A stretch of 63,327 bases of DNA, filler included, from Octopus bimaculoides (taxonomy: Eukaryota), in assembly GCF_001194135.2 (NCBI RefSeq). It is 3 parts of 3 records of this genome, joined end to end, with 100 filler letters (N's around TTAATTAATTAA, not from the genome) between each part and the next. Parts side by side here need not be neighbours in the genome. Positions count along the whole stretch, not along the records: positions 1 to 22,084 come from NC_069004.1; positions 22,185 to 52,579 come from NC_068982.1; 1 more part is not named here. One strand, 5' to 3'. The translations under genes were made by a program, and so were the position numbers. The notes below the pieces were generated by a model. It searched no databases. It had not been told where the DNA came from and saw nothing but the letters and a program-made list of their open reading frames with translations. Shown one piece after another: positions 12,322-24,219 of the stretch (its first letter is position 1; each line of letters opens with the position of its first letter).

Positions 12322-12560
12322 TTTGTGTTTATGTTTGTCTTTGTGTTTATGTTTGTCCCCCTCCCCATCACCGATGAATAACCGGTGTTGGTTTGTTTAC
12401 GTCCACGTAACTTAGCTGTTCGGCAAAAGATTCCCATAGGATAAGTACCAGGCTTTAAAAAAATTAGCACTGGATTCGATTTATTCGAGTAAACCCTTCA
12501 AGGCGGTGCTCCAGCATGACCGCAGTCAACTGACTGAAACAAATAAAGGAATAAAAGAAT
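12108..12560 (+). mobile_element. SINE family A, full length
   Basis: GGCGCAGGCGTGGCTGTGTGGTAAG head, (TG)n, complete tail. Confidence 0.92.
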
Positions 12561-13689
12561 CTTTAAAATGTAGATTTGATAATGTCATCTGAATACTAAT
12601 GAATTAAACACCAAAAGGGTAGAAGTCTGCTCTGACCTGCTGGAAACGTTTGAAGCCAATGAAGACGTTTTTATCGGATCTGATGCAGGGGAAGCGAAAA
12701 CTCAAACAATGACTTTTGTCACAGCTCTTCTCTAATGCCTAAAAAATATTAAGGATCAGCCATGAATACAGATTAGTCATGGTGATTGTAATGAGGCATC
12801 ATTCTCGTTTTCGTTTTCTGAAACATACGCTATACTGTTGGGGTGTGCGGGTATCTTGAAAATACTTCACGGAGTGGCGACCGTGCCCAGCATAGCTACA
12901 GGTTGCCTTTTGGCAAGGCATAGCACCCGTTCAGCCAGCCTGCCAGGGATACGGCAAAGTTATGGGACTGCAGCATGGAGGATTGGGAAGAGGAAACGGA
13001 GGAGCTCAACTGAGCCAACGATGCTTCTTACATTGATGCTGAGCAAAGGAATCCTAGAACATCAACAGTCAAGATCACCAAACTCTATAAAAAGAGTAAC
13101 TGCAACACATCCATAGGGGTGGCGTCCATGGTTGTGTAATCAGCTAATGAAGGATTCACTATGACTCAAGTTCGCAATTCAAATTCATAATGACGGAATT
13201 GGATGGCGGCAGAGCGTAATGGGAATCCATGAAAACAGCGGAAGGAAAAACTGTGCTGTGAACAGTGAGCAGTGAATTCAGACACAAAACCTTTAGAGTA
13301 ACGTTTCCCAACTTATTTTCCCCCAGGCCACACTATAATTTTCCAGAAAAATATATGTCCCACTAGTGGTTGGAAAGAAAAACAACTTTATTTTCAATAT
13401 TTTATTACAATTACTTAATATAAAAGAATCTACCGGTAACTCTTTTATTCAGAACTGAGTTTTAAAAAAACGAATAAATTATTGATTGAGAAAAAAAAAA
13501 AGATTTTCACAATCTCATGTCCTACTAAAAATACAAAGAAAATATATTTTGGATCCCATACTCCACCACAAATTTCCCAGACCTCACCAGTTGGGCGTAT
13601 ACCCAACGTTGGGAATCACTACTTTAGATGCAGAACAAGAATCTGAAAACAATACACATGCATCACATCAATGCGTGACCACAAACATC

Positions 13690-13950
13690 TTTGGAAACAA
13701 GTCAGACAATCGGCAAACTAGGCTGGTTATGATCTCCCATACACCGAACAGCCGAGACCAGGGACCCTACAACTTCTACCTGTTCCGGTCCAGTTCGGTC
13801 CAATGAAATACAGTCTTCGTAGACACTGGTTTGATGACACATTTGAGGTGAAGAACACCTGATTTTTTTGTTTTTCAGAGAAGATTCCAAAGTTTTGTTC
13901 AGCGATGTTAAATTCTGTGTGTGCGTTAGAAACAGTTGTAATGAACTGAC
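13690..13950 (+). pseudogene. mariner transposase C-terminal remnant
   Basis: With frameshifts: IGKLGW / ISHTPNSRDQGPYNFYLF / FGPMKYSLRRHWFDDTFEVKNT, matching the HPPYSPDLAPSDFYLFGPLK...RF consensus. Confidence 0.6.
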
Positions 13951-13969
13951 AGTTATCCATCGTCTGTTG

Positions 13970-13970
<1 letters not shown>

Positions 13971-14011
<41 letters not shown>

Positions 14012-14077
14012 CATACATACATACATACATACATACATACATACATACACACACACATACATACATACATACATACA

Positions 14078-14111
<34 letters not shown>

Positions 14112-14135
14112 CATACGTACGTACGTATACATATA
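13971..14135. repeat. Compound (GATA)n(CATA)n microsatellite
   Basis: Direct reading. Confidence 0.95.
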
Positions 14136-14136
14136 C

Positions 14137-14325
14137 AAGACTATCCTGACAGGAAGTGTGTAGGGGAAGAGAGCAAAAGGCCGTCAAAGACGTTTGTGGA
14201 ACAACGACATCAAAGAATGGACAAGAAACAAGAGTTTGGCTGATTGCATTCATGCAACACAATAAAAAGGAAACTGGTCAGTCTTCGCAAGTCGACCACA
14301 AGATACTGGAAGGACACCTGGCTGA
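14137..14325 (+). mobile_element. RTE-clade LINE ORF2 3' end remnant
   Basis: Translates KTILTGSV*GKRAKGRQRRLWNNDIKEWT...W, the typical RTE C-terminal GxVxGKRxRGRxxxxWxxxIKEW motif, with in-frame stops. Confidence 0.75.
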
Positions 14326-14433
14326 TGGCTGGTGAAACAGCAGAAATCTGCCTTATTGAAATAAGAGAGAAGAATTAGGTGTTTGTATTGCATCTAATTT
14401 TATGTTCTGGGTAGGAGAGCGGTGTTGTGTTGG

Positions 14434-14887
14434 GTACCACTTTAGTCTGCAGTCTAAACCTAACCCTAACCTTAATCTTCAACCTTAACTCTTACCCTAA
14501 ATTCTAGCTCTCACCCCTAACCTTAAACCCTAACCTTAATTCTCAACTCTAAACCCTAACACTGACCATAAACCCTAACCCTAGCCCTATCCTTAAACCC
14601 TAAATCTTAAACTCCAAGCCCTAACCATAACCCTATCCGTAAACCTTCAGTCCTGATCCCTAACCCTAACCATAACTTTAATCCTAAACCATAACACTCT
14701 GCTCTAAACCTCAGCTCTAACCTTAAACCTTAACCACTAACCCCTAACCCTAAACCCTAAACTCTAACCCTAAACTTAACTCTTAACCTTAATCTTAAAC
14801 CCTAAATCCAATCTTAATCCAGATCAGGTCATTTCACAGCGTACTCTGTGGATAGACTCTGCAGTAGACTGCACGCTAAAGTAGCAC
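14434..14887. mobile_element. TIR-bounded element containing degenerate (TAACCC)n telomere-like tract
   Basis: Inverted repeats 14434-14456 and 14865-14887 (19/23 match) enclose about 365 bp of CCCTAA variants. Confidence 0.7.
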
Positions 14888-15199
14888 TTTGTGTAATTTC
14901 ATGAGCTTCATTTATGTTTCTTTTTTCTGTGAGAAATTTTATAGCAACCGGAGATGATAGTGTAAAATATATGTTGCATGGGTTGCATTATAGCACTGGG
15001 TGGTGATTATATATTTTATGCATTGTGTGGTTTGTGTTATAATATCAGATGACTGTACAAAACTGTGATTTCTAAAATATTCCAGAGTTATTCACCCTTG
15101 AATCTTTATCACAAAGTTTTATTCTCCCGCGACTTAATTCCCCTACGTGGTTTGGTAATTTATTCTCTATAGTGTATATATATATATATTAAATATCAT

Positions 15200-15522
15200 G
15201 GGCTCAGGCGTGTCTGAGTAGTAAGAAGCTAGCTTCTCAACCATATGGTTTCGTGTTCAGCTCCACTGCATGGCACCTTGGGCAAGTATCTTCTACTATA
15301 GCCCCGGGCTGACCAAATCCTTGTGAGTGGATTTGGTAGACGGAAACTGTGTGAAAGCCTGTCGTGTGTGTGTCTGTGTATGTTTGTGTTTATCATCCAC
15401 TACTGCTTGACAATCAGTTTGGCAAAGAGAGACCGATGGAATAAGTACCAGGCTGTAAGAATAAGTACTTAGATGCAGTGCCCCAACATGACCGCAGTCC
15501 AATGTCTAAAACAAGTGAAAGA
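15200..15522 (+). mobile_element. SINE family A (partly deleted tail)
   Basis: Head and tail similarity to other A copies. Confidence 0.85.
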
Positions 15523-15769
15523 TAATGGGATCAGAACATCTTAGAATTAGATTCTTAGACAATAGTTTTCCTATCGTGAACGTTTACCACAAATAAACAA
15601 CTAATTTAACATCTTCCACTCTAACATACGTGTTTAACATTCTCGAAAATTACTAAAGAGGTTCCTATATTCATCTAGGTTAAATTTCTTACACCCCACC
15701 CCATTAATGAAAAGCAACCGAAATTACCAAATCAACATAGAAATCGGAATTCCGTGTTATGGTCTACAG

Positions 15770-16350
15770 CAGGGGTTCTCAACAATTTTTTTTATCTATG
15801 GACCCCTCTGATTCCTATCTTATTCTGGTGGACCCCCATAGCCATTCAATGTTTAAAAACTAGCCTCATAGAAACTTCTTTCAAAATTCCTATTTCGTTT
15901 TTCACACATTCATTTGTGTAGGTTGAACTATGTAAAATGTTAGAGAAAGAAACCTAGCTGTTTCTTACTATACATACCAATACATATATCTAAAGCAGGA
16001 GTTCTCAACCATTTCTTATCTATGAACCCCTCTGATTACTACCTTATTCTGGATAACCTCATAGCCATTCGATGTTTAAAAACTAATTTTATTGAAACTT
16101 CTTTCAAAATTCCTATTTTGTTTTTCACACATTAACTCGCTTGTATGGGTTAAACCCTGTAAAATGTTAGAGAAAGAAACTTAGCTGTTTCTTGCAATAT
16201 ATACCAATACACACACCTAAACCAAGATTTTTTGAGGAGCCCTTAAAATACCATTGTGGACTCCCAATTTACTATTTTGTTACATGGACCCCACCATTCC
16301 ATCTTATATGAACCCTCAGGGGTCTTATGGACCCTCGTTGAGAACCACTG
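15770..16350. mobile_element. hAT (Charlie-like) non-autonomous element with duplicated 5' arm
   Basis: TIRs CAGGGGTTCTCAAC / GTTGAGAACCACTG; 8-bp TSD GTCTACAG (15762-15769) / GTGTACAG (16351-16358); second 5' TIR at 15996. Confidence 0.88.
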
Positions 16351-16604
16351 GTGTACAGTTCCTATGAAGTCGAAAATCCTTACGCAAATTGGCTTATTGT
16401 TGTCATCATTCCATGTGATCGAAAGAATCTTTAATGCAAGGGATTTGTATTGAAGGAGTGCAATGATTTCATCAAAACAGTCTCTAATGTTGGAATACAC
16501 CTCAAAAGATGAAGTTCTTCAAAGTCTGATTGATTGATTGATATGTCTGGTGATAAAAAGATTAACCGTGCCAATTTCATTTTTCAAGTTTTTTTCCTTT
16601 GGGT

Positions 16605-17035
16605 TTCTTTTAATCGTTTTATTCATGGATTGTGGCCATACTGGGGTACCGCCTTGAAGGGTTTAGTCGAACAAATCGAATCCAGCTCTGATTTTTTTAA
16701 AGCCTGGTACTTATTCAATCGGAGACTTTTGCCGAACAGCTAAATTACAGGGATGTAAACAAACCAACACCGGTTGTTGAGAGGTGGTAGGGGAGAAACA
16801 CAAACACAAAGACACACAAATATAGATATATACATACAGACAGACAGACAGATACTTAGATAGGTAGACACGACGGGCTTTTTCCAGTTTCCACTTACCA
16901 ATTCCACTCAAAAGGCTTTGGACTGCCCAGGGCTGTAGTAGAAGACATCTTCCACTTGCCCAAGGTGCCTCGCATTGGAACTGAACCCAAGACTACATTG
17001 TTGAGAAGCAAGCTTCTTAACCACACAGCCACACT
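16605..17035 (-). mobile_element. SINE family A, diverged full-length copy
   Basis: Reverse complement of tail, linker and head all present. Confidence 0.85.
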
Positions 17036-17626
17036 TTTGCGGATGTTTCTTAAGAAAATGTTTCAATATTTATCGCCAGCAACTGAAAATGGTCAAAAAT
17101 TATACCCTTCAGTGTTTTCTCCACGCCCGGTTGCTTTTCTTCTCCGTCACACACTTTGAGGAAGCTTCCAAAATATAGGAAACTGGAGAAATTGCCTTTA
17201 CAATGCCACCTGGTGATCTTACATGCAGTCTATTTTCTTATGGCCATCGAAGATTCCATCGTTACTATGAAATAAGCAAAGCAGAAAGTATATGCAAGTA
17301 AAAAGTGTCCCAACTAAAGTTTGTACACCGGCTGTGATAATGAACAATCTGAACAGATGTAAGACGCCAATTCTTTCAGCTTTATGTAAACTGTAGTGAA
17401 CAAATCTTTTAAGAATAGCTTAGATTCGCTGCAATATACTTTTATATTATTAGCCTAACTACACAACACATTTCATTACGCTATCACATTACAATTGTGA
17501 CCGTGTTTCATTGTTCAAGGATAGAAGTCATGTAATACAAGTACTTCCATTTTTGAGCATTGAAATCAGGTCAGCTTGTTACCTCAAAGTAAAATAGAAG
17601 CCACACAATACAGGTACAGTGAAAGC

Positions 17627-18172
17627 GTGTGGCCAAGTTGTTAGGCTGTTGCATTCACGATCGCTAGATCGTGGGTTCGATTTCCTCGCCGAGCGGTGCG
17701 TTGTATTCTTGTGCAAAACATTTCATTTCATGTTGTTCTGTAGGTGGGAAAATGACAGTATCCTTGGCGCGCCAGAGTAAATGCTTTACGGTGTATCTTC
17801 CAGCTCTCTACATTCCGAGTTCAAATCTCGCCTGCCCGGAGAAGGCAACAGAAAACCACTCCGGTATCCATCCAAAGCTTCGTAATGGTAGCCGAAGTTC
17901 CAGTAATCTACTTAGCAGCAAAGGTGTTGCACTCACGATCGTTTGATGGTGAGTTCGATTCCCGGCGCGTTGTGTTCTTGAGCAGGACATTTCATGTTGC
18001 TCTGCAGATGGGAGACTGGTTCAATCGTTGACGTGTCGGCAGAAATGCTTTACGGTATATATTCCGTCTCTCTACATTCCGAGCTCAAATCTCACCTCCC
18101 TGGAGAAGGTATCCATTTCAAGTCTAATCATGGAGGTCGAAGCTCCAGTAACCTACTTAATGGCAGCAAAGC
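17627..18172 (+). repeat. Diverged tandem duplication of a composite SINE fragment (family E head plus family B-like segment)
   Basis: Units about 17648-17922 and 17923-18172 share TTGCA.TCACGATCG, GTTCGATT, AAATGCTTTACGGT, CTCTACATTCCGAG, CCAGTAA.CTACTTA, GCAGCAAAG. Confidence 0.75.
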
Positions 18173-18462
18173 AGGGTAGGGTCCTCACAGGTCGTATAGA
18201 GATTGCTGGAGAAGGTTCACGCAGACAAAACCTACCAAGAGCAGACCACCGCTAGAATACAGGTACAGCATCGATATTCTAGAACGTTTATTTCCAAAGC
18301 TTTCTTGAATTATTGATTTTTTTCGTACCTAGTGGTGGTCACCTTGGACAACATACTGAATCAAACAGATAATAAATTTACTTAGATAAATAAATGAAAC
18401 ACAAATACTGTACATTAGTATAAATGATATAAGTTTATTAATGCTGTGGGAGTTAGTAGTCT

Positions 18463-18822
18463 GTGGAGGCCCAGTGTTTAGGGCAGCGGACTCGCGGTTT
18501 CGATTCCCAGATCGGGCGCTGTGAGTGTTTATTGAGCGAAAACACCTAAAGCTCCACGAGGCTCCGGCAGTGGGTAGTGGCAAACCCTGCTGTACTCTTT
18601 CACTACAACTTTCTCTCACTCTTTTTTTCCTGTTTCTGTTGTACCTGTATTTCGAAGGGCCAGCCTTGTCACACTCTGTGTTACGCTAAATCTCCCTGAG
18701 AACTACGTTAAGGGCACACGTGTCTGTGGAGTGTTCAGCCACTTGCACATTAATTTCACGAGCAGGTTGTTCTATTGATCGGATCAACTGGAGCCCTCGT
18801 CGTCGTAACCGACGGAGTGCCA
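18463..18822 (+). mobile_element. SINE family C with TSD
   Basis: Aligns to 44081-44464; AGTAGTCTGTG repeated at 18455-18465 and 18825-18835. Confidence 0.93.
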
Positions 18823-19599
18823 CGAGTAGTCTGTGCAAAGTGTCAGTAAACTAATCTGGCGGGGGAAAGAATTTGAAGTTCCTGCTCTTAGATTAGTCTA
18901 ATTATAAAAGTTTTTGGATCATTAGTATCCGGAAAATCGGTGTTATACCTGTACAATTGGATCAACCATAAGTCATGATTAAAATGGTAATGCTTTCCCA
19001 TAAACTTTGCTCTGTAAAGAATGTGGCCAGTTCATTCATCATGGCCAGTTTTCTAAGGGTTCTTCTGCTGGAGAGTCATCGAATTTCAGAATACAGGAGG
19101 AGAATCGTGAGATCTACAGAAATATTCTTGCATACCTTTGAAAACAGCAGAAATTTTTTAGATGACTTGTACTGAAAATTTTCATCATTTCGTAAAACAG
19201 TTCTTTCATTTCCCTTTTGTACTCATCGCAATATATATCTAGTTGGGGTTTTTTTTTTGGGGGGGGGGGTGTATGTTTTTTGGCAATTAGGGCTTTTCGA
19301 TGTAAGCAGCAATACAAACAGGTAGATTTGGTGGACCTTAATTCGATGGGAACGATAGCTTCTCTATGTTTCTCCGTAACTATAGTAGTACAGTTTCTTG
19401 TCACAACCACGTGTTTCTTCAAAGACAAATTTTCTCAATCCTTCATCCTGGAAAGTACAATACAAAAAAGTTGTGCATCGCAAAGTCAACCTCCGCAGAA
19501 CGTAAAGCCAGAAGAAATGCTGCTAATCATTTTTGTCGGCGTGCTAACGACTCTGCCAGCTCGTTGCCTTAGAATTCAAGGACAATCTTTTCAAAAATT

Positions 19600-19798
19600 T
19601 CAAGGGCTGAAATTTTGTGGGGAGGGTGTCTATTCGATAATATCGAAACCAGTACACAACTAGTGCTTATTTCATCGATCCCGAAAGGATGAAAGGCAAA
19701 GTCGACCTCGGCGGAATTTGAGCATATAACGTAAAGCCGGACGAAATACCGCTGAGTATTTTGTCCGGCGTGCCTGTGATTCTGCTAGCTTGCTGCCT
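19600..19798 (-). mobile_element. SINE family B
   Basis: + strand CCCGAAAGGATGAAAGGCAAAGTCGACCTCGGCGGAATTTGA is the reverse complement of the family B core. Confidence 0.85.
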
Positions 19799-20227
19799 GA
19801 GTATAATAATAATAATGTGTCTATGATCAAAACGCCCAATAAACGTCGGACATTGTTTGTCGGCATCGGTTCGCTCTGGTCAAGGTCACGTTAACCGATG
19901 GTGGATGAACGGGAATCATCTACTTTAAGATGGAATTATCCTCAGATAAGCCTTACGAAGTTAGTCATGTTTCGATTCTATTCATGCGAAATTCACAGAA
20001 TAGAAAACGAGTGTGTGTGTGTGTGTGTGTGTGTGTGNNNNNNNNNNNNNNNNNNNNNNNNNNNNNNNNNNNNNNNNNNNNNNNNNNNNNNNNNNNNNNN
20101 NNNNNNNNNNNNNNNNNNNNNNNNNNNNNNNNNNNNNNNNNNNNNNNNNNNNNNNNNNNNNNNNNNNNNNNNNNNNNNNNNNNNNNNNNNNNNNNNNNNN
20201 NNNNNNNGTGTGTGTGTGTGTGTGTGT

Positions 20228-20273
<46 letters not shown>

Positions 20274-20337
20274 GTCTGTCTGTCTGTCTGTCTGTTGTAA
20301 ATATGTATGTATGTATTTATGTGTTTGTGTGTGTAAA

Positions 20338-20485
20338 GTCCGGTGGTTTAGTAGTTAAGTTGTTGCATTCATGATCGTAAGATTGTGGTTTCAATTCCTG
20401 GACGGAGCTATGCGCTGTGTTGTTGAGCAAAATACTTCATTTCACGTTTCTCCAATCCACTCAGCTCGCAAAATGAGTAATCCAC
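20338..20485 (+). mobile_element. SINE family E head (tRNA-like plus CORE-like segment)
   Basis: GGTGGTTTAGTAGTTAAG...GGTTTCAATTCC...TTGAGCAAAATACTTCATTTCACG...TCCACTCAGCT..AAAATGAGTA; similar to 17627. Confidence 0.55.
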
Positions 20486-21697
20486 TTAGTTCGCAAAAAT
20501 ACGTCATATGATTACTCAAAAGTGAGTAATTATGTGACGGACGGTCTCATCCAGACGGTAATACATACGCCACAGAATTCGGAAACCGGCCTACATACAC
20601 TATACAGAAGAATTATAAGATAAGCGTGGTATAGCTATCACAAACTAGTGCTCATAAGAAAAGGAAATAACTCCTTCATTTAAGGTTGTTGCCTCTTGCA
20701 TTGAAAACTAGCTCTAAGAACTATCCTTGTCGAGCAGTTATGGAGGTAGAAAATCCTTGGTGGTAGATCAATACAAGCATGTTTGATTAGTATATTTACA
20801 TGGAATACCCAAAACAGGGTACGGAAAAGTAATCAAAAGGAGTTATTAATATTGTTATCTTCACAGCTGTTTCGAGTGCACTATGGCTTATGCCGTTAAC
20901 CACAATCATGTGCAGTAAAAGCGCACGATGCTGCAGGTATGTGTAATAACATACTTTCCAATGGATTTGTCAGATTAATATATTTTTTTATCTGCTTTGG
21001 ATTTCAGCGTTTCAGAAAAGAAATATTTCACGTTTTCTCGAAGTTTATCTTATGCGTAAAAGTACATGTGCGACTGCTACTGTTGAGTTTAGAGATCTAT
21101 ATAGATCTACATAGATTACCATCATCCAATATGCTTCCAGTATAGTGGCTTGGCTACTTCTATAATAGTAATGCTACAATACTTAGTAGTATTTCTAGTT
21201 GCGATGTACAGAGCAGATGTTGGAGAAATTACGATAAACAGAAGTTTATATTTGTTCCTACGTACGTTTCACCATTGTGGTTGTTGGAAACTCTGCATTG
21301 GATGTTCCAAGTGCAATTGGATGCGTAATCACAATGGATCAAGCAAGGGAAAAATATGAAAGAATGAATAAATGAATGAATGAGTGAATGATAAATGAAT
21401 GATGAACGAATGATGAATGAATGATGAAAAGATAAACAATGACATTAGTAAATAAAAATGAACATTATCGTTTCCGTCGGCTTCATTATCAAATTTTGGA
21501 TTTAATGAAAGATTTTTATCATGAATTTCCCTCATTTCACATGCTTCATATTAACTTTTGTGGTGATGACTTCAGAACGCCGTTGGTACTTTACCAGTCT
21601 TTCTGTCTAAATTCTTCAATTGACTTAATTTCTAATTTACATCTATTATCTTATTTCTAGCATTGAGTTCACTTTTTAAATATGAATCATATTCTAA

Positions 21698-21908
21698 ATG
21701 CGGCGAGCTGGCAGAATCGTTAGCACACCGAGCAAACTGCTTATTGGCATTTCGTCCGTCTTTACGTTCTGAGTTCAAATTTCAACGACGTCGACTTTAC
21801 CTTTTCTCCCTTCGGGCGTCGATAAAATATGCATCTGTTAAGCACTGGGGTCGATGTTATCGACCCACCCACTTCCCCGAACTTCATAGCCTAGTGCCAA
21901 TTTGAAAA
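21698..21908 (+). mobile_element. SINE family B, full length
   Basis: GAGCTGGCAGAATCGTTAG A-box region, GAGTTCAAATT B-box, central GTCGACTTTACC...GTCGATAAAAT. Confidence 0.88.
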
Positions 21909-22051
21909 TAATATTAATTATATTCTTATGCAGCAAACATTTCTAATTTTTCCCCTGTTTTATGTGTTGTGGTTGTGTTCTATTTATCTGATTTGGAATC
22001 TGAATCCTCTTTAACTCTTTTTTAATTGTTTTTGTCATTGCACTACGGTAA

Positions 22052-22083
<32 letters not shown>

Positions 22084-22084
22084 C

Positions 22085-22184
22085 NNNNNNNNNNNNNNNN
22101 NNNNNNNNNNNNNNNNNNNNNNNNNNNNTTAATTAATTAANNNNNNNNNNNNNNNNNNNNNNNNNNNNNNNNNNNNNNNNNNNN
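22085..22184. other. Assembly gap linker N44-TTAATTAATTAA-N44
   Basis: Exactly 100 bp; identical construct at 52580-52679. Confidence 0.95.
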
Positions 22185-22230
<46 letters not shown>

Positions 22231-23424
22231 AAATCAGCGTGTATATATATATATATATATATAATTGTGGATTTTGTCCCTAATATTATTATATATATAT
22301 ACATAGATAAACAGATAGACAGATACGTATGTATGTTAAATATAAGATATATATTATCAAATGTTAAATATTAAATATCTGTCTATCTATATCTTCACAC
22401 ACACATGTATGTATGCTTGTATGTGTGTTTGTGCGTGTAAATATATATTTATATGTACATGAATATACATCATATCCCTATATGAATATTATATACTCTA
22501 ATCATTTACATATACATGTAAGTGTATATATATATATATATATACATTACACACTTCTGTGTATATGTAATAGAAAGCAGAGAATTATACACACACATAC
22601 ACATATGTCTGCATACACTTACTCCGATACATACTCATCTATTCATACAGTGTAACAGAAATTTACTTTATACACTAAGTATTTTTAGGTCGTTAAACTT
22701 AGCAGAATCACATACAACTAATTCAACGAAACACATTATTGTCTTGTCTTTGTTTGTTGTTTGGCTTGTTTTTGCACTTGTTTTACATAACTCGACGACA
22801 GATTTAGTTGCGTATTTCACATACCAAAGCAATGAACCAGATATGCAACACAGAAACTGATCGAAAGAAAGCCAGATAAATATCAATTGAACGCAGTCCG
22901 CCTTCCTGCTTGACGGTTAAGTTAGCTAGTTAGCTTTTAAGAGACGTAGTAAATAAAAGAGAATGCATTGGCCTTGTTTACCCAACAAAATCGTTCCAGT
23001 ACTGTACTACACCAAAGCAAGTTTAAGCACTATGAACAGCAAGAAAGGAAGAAAAGAACGAACAGGAAATTATATGCATCCATGAAAGATTTTTTGTTGT
23101 TCCTTTTTATTTTGTTTATAAAAGGAATGGATGTATCTTGTTTATCTTCTGTTTGTTTTTGCTATATGAAAACAGGCTGAAATAATGCGTTCAGTTTTAC
23201 TCTTATAAAAGTTTAGTTCGTCGCACTGAAGAATTTATTCAGTGAAGTGGATACGAAATATGAAAGCAAAAGTTTTATATCAGAGGAAGAAAAAAAAATT
23301 AAAAGAAAAAAAAAGTGGCATTATTTAAATAATAACTCATTTTAAAGTAATCGTTTCGAAAAGTCAAGTCTTTGGAGCAAAAGAGCGCGAAATGATTAGG
23401 TGAAGGGAAAAATTTACTCACACA

Positions 23425-23457
<33 letters not shown>

Positions 23458-23879
23458 CCACACCCACACACACACACACAAACTTCTGTATGCATAGATG
23501 TATGCAGGCGCATGTATGTGTCTATTTGAGTGTGTTAGTCTATGTACAAGAAAGATAAAATATAAAATACTCGCAGAACGTGAATTTTAAGAGACTTGTG
23601 AAAATAATGCTAAATAGAAAAAAAGAAAAAGTCAGAGATAAAACACAACAATAATAATAACAATGATGATTTCTTTTATTTCTTTTATTTTCACAAAAAC
23701 AGCTCAAATATAAAAAAAAATATCGCCATAGTAAACTGGTGCAGAAAAATCATTATGCAGCATAATTACATAATATACATCACAAAGTTCATAACGTGTA
23801 TAACCACATACATACATTGAATATGTCTACATATATACCATATACGTTCGTGTATATGTTTTATACATATATAATCATC

Positions 23880-24219
23880 CAAAGTCGAGTGCCATCTTGC
23901 ACCAGAAAATCTATACAGAAATCTTAAAGGGCTCTCCATTTATCCATTGCAAGTTCACTATCGCTATCTTTACACAAAATTTGCTGGCGGATAGGACTTC
24001 TCTCATCACTCTGCTCTCCAGCTTTAAGCGATATCCTTTTATGAGAGAACAATAAGGTCAACCACTCAGGTCTTTCGGTGTCGTCAACACAATTACATTT
24101 TTCTCTATTGCAATTATACTGTTGAAAACGGTTTCTCCATCCTTCAGTGAAGTTATCTTCACTGTAGCCTTGATCGGTAGGACTCTTAATAACAGTCTGC
24201 CTGCCTCGAAACTTCAGGC
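23880..24219 (-). mobile_element. Old Tx1/L1-like LINE ORF2 C-terminus
   Basis: Translates ...LSG*PYCSLIKGYRLKLESRVMREVLSASKF...FKISV*, weakly alignable to LSGKALINFFKYHLKR of the 36.9-37.1 kb copy. Confidence 0.55.

Noticed and set aside
12780-13130. GC-richer island with a 92-aa ORF
   Set aside because: No recognisable motif, splice pair or second copy
14455-14820. True telomere or chromosome-fusion site
   Set aside because: Repeats are highly degenerate, in one orientation only, and enclosed by inverted repeats
22129-22140. TTAATTAATTAA palindrome as a biological motif (also 52624-52635)
   Set aside because: Embedded symmetrically in N runs; assembly linker
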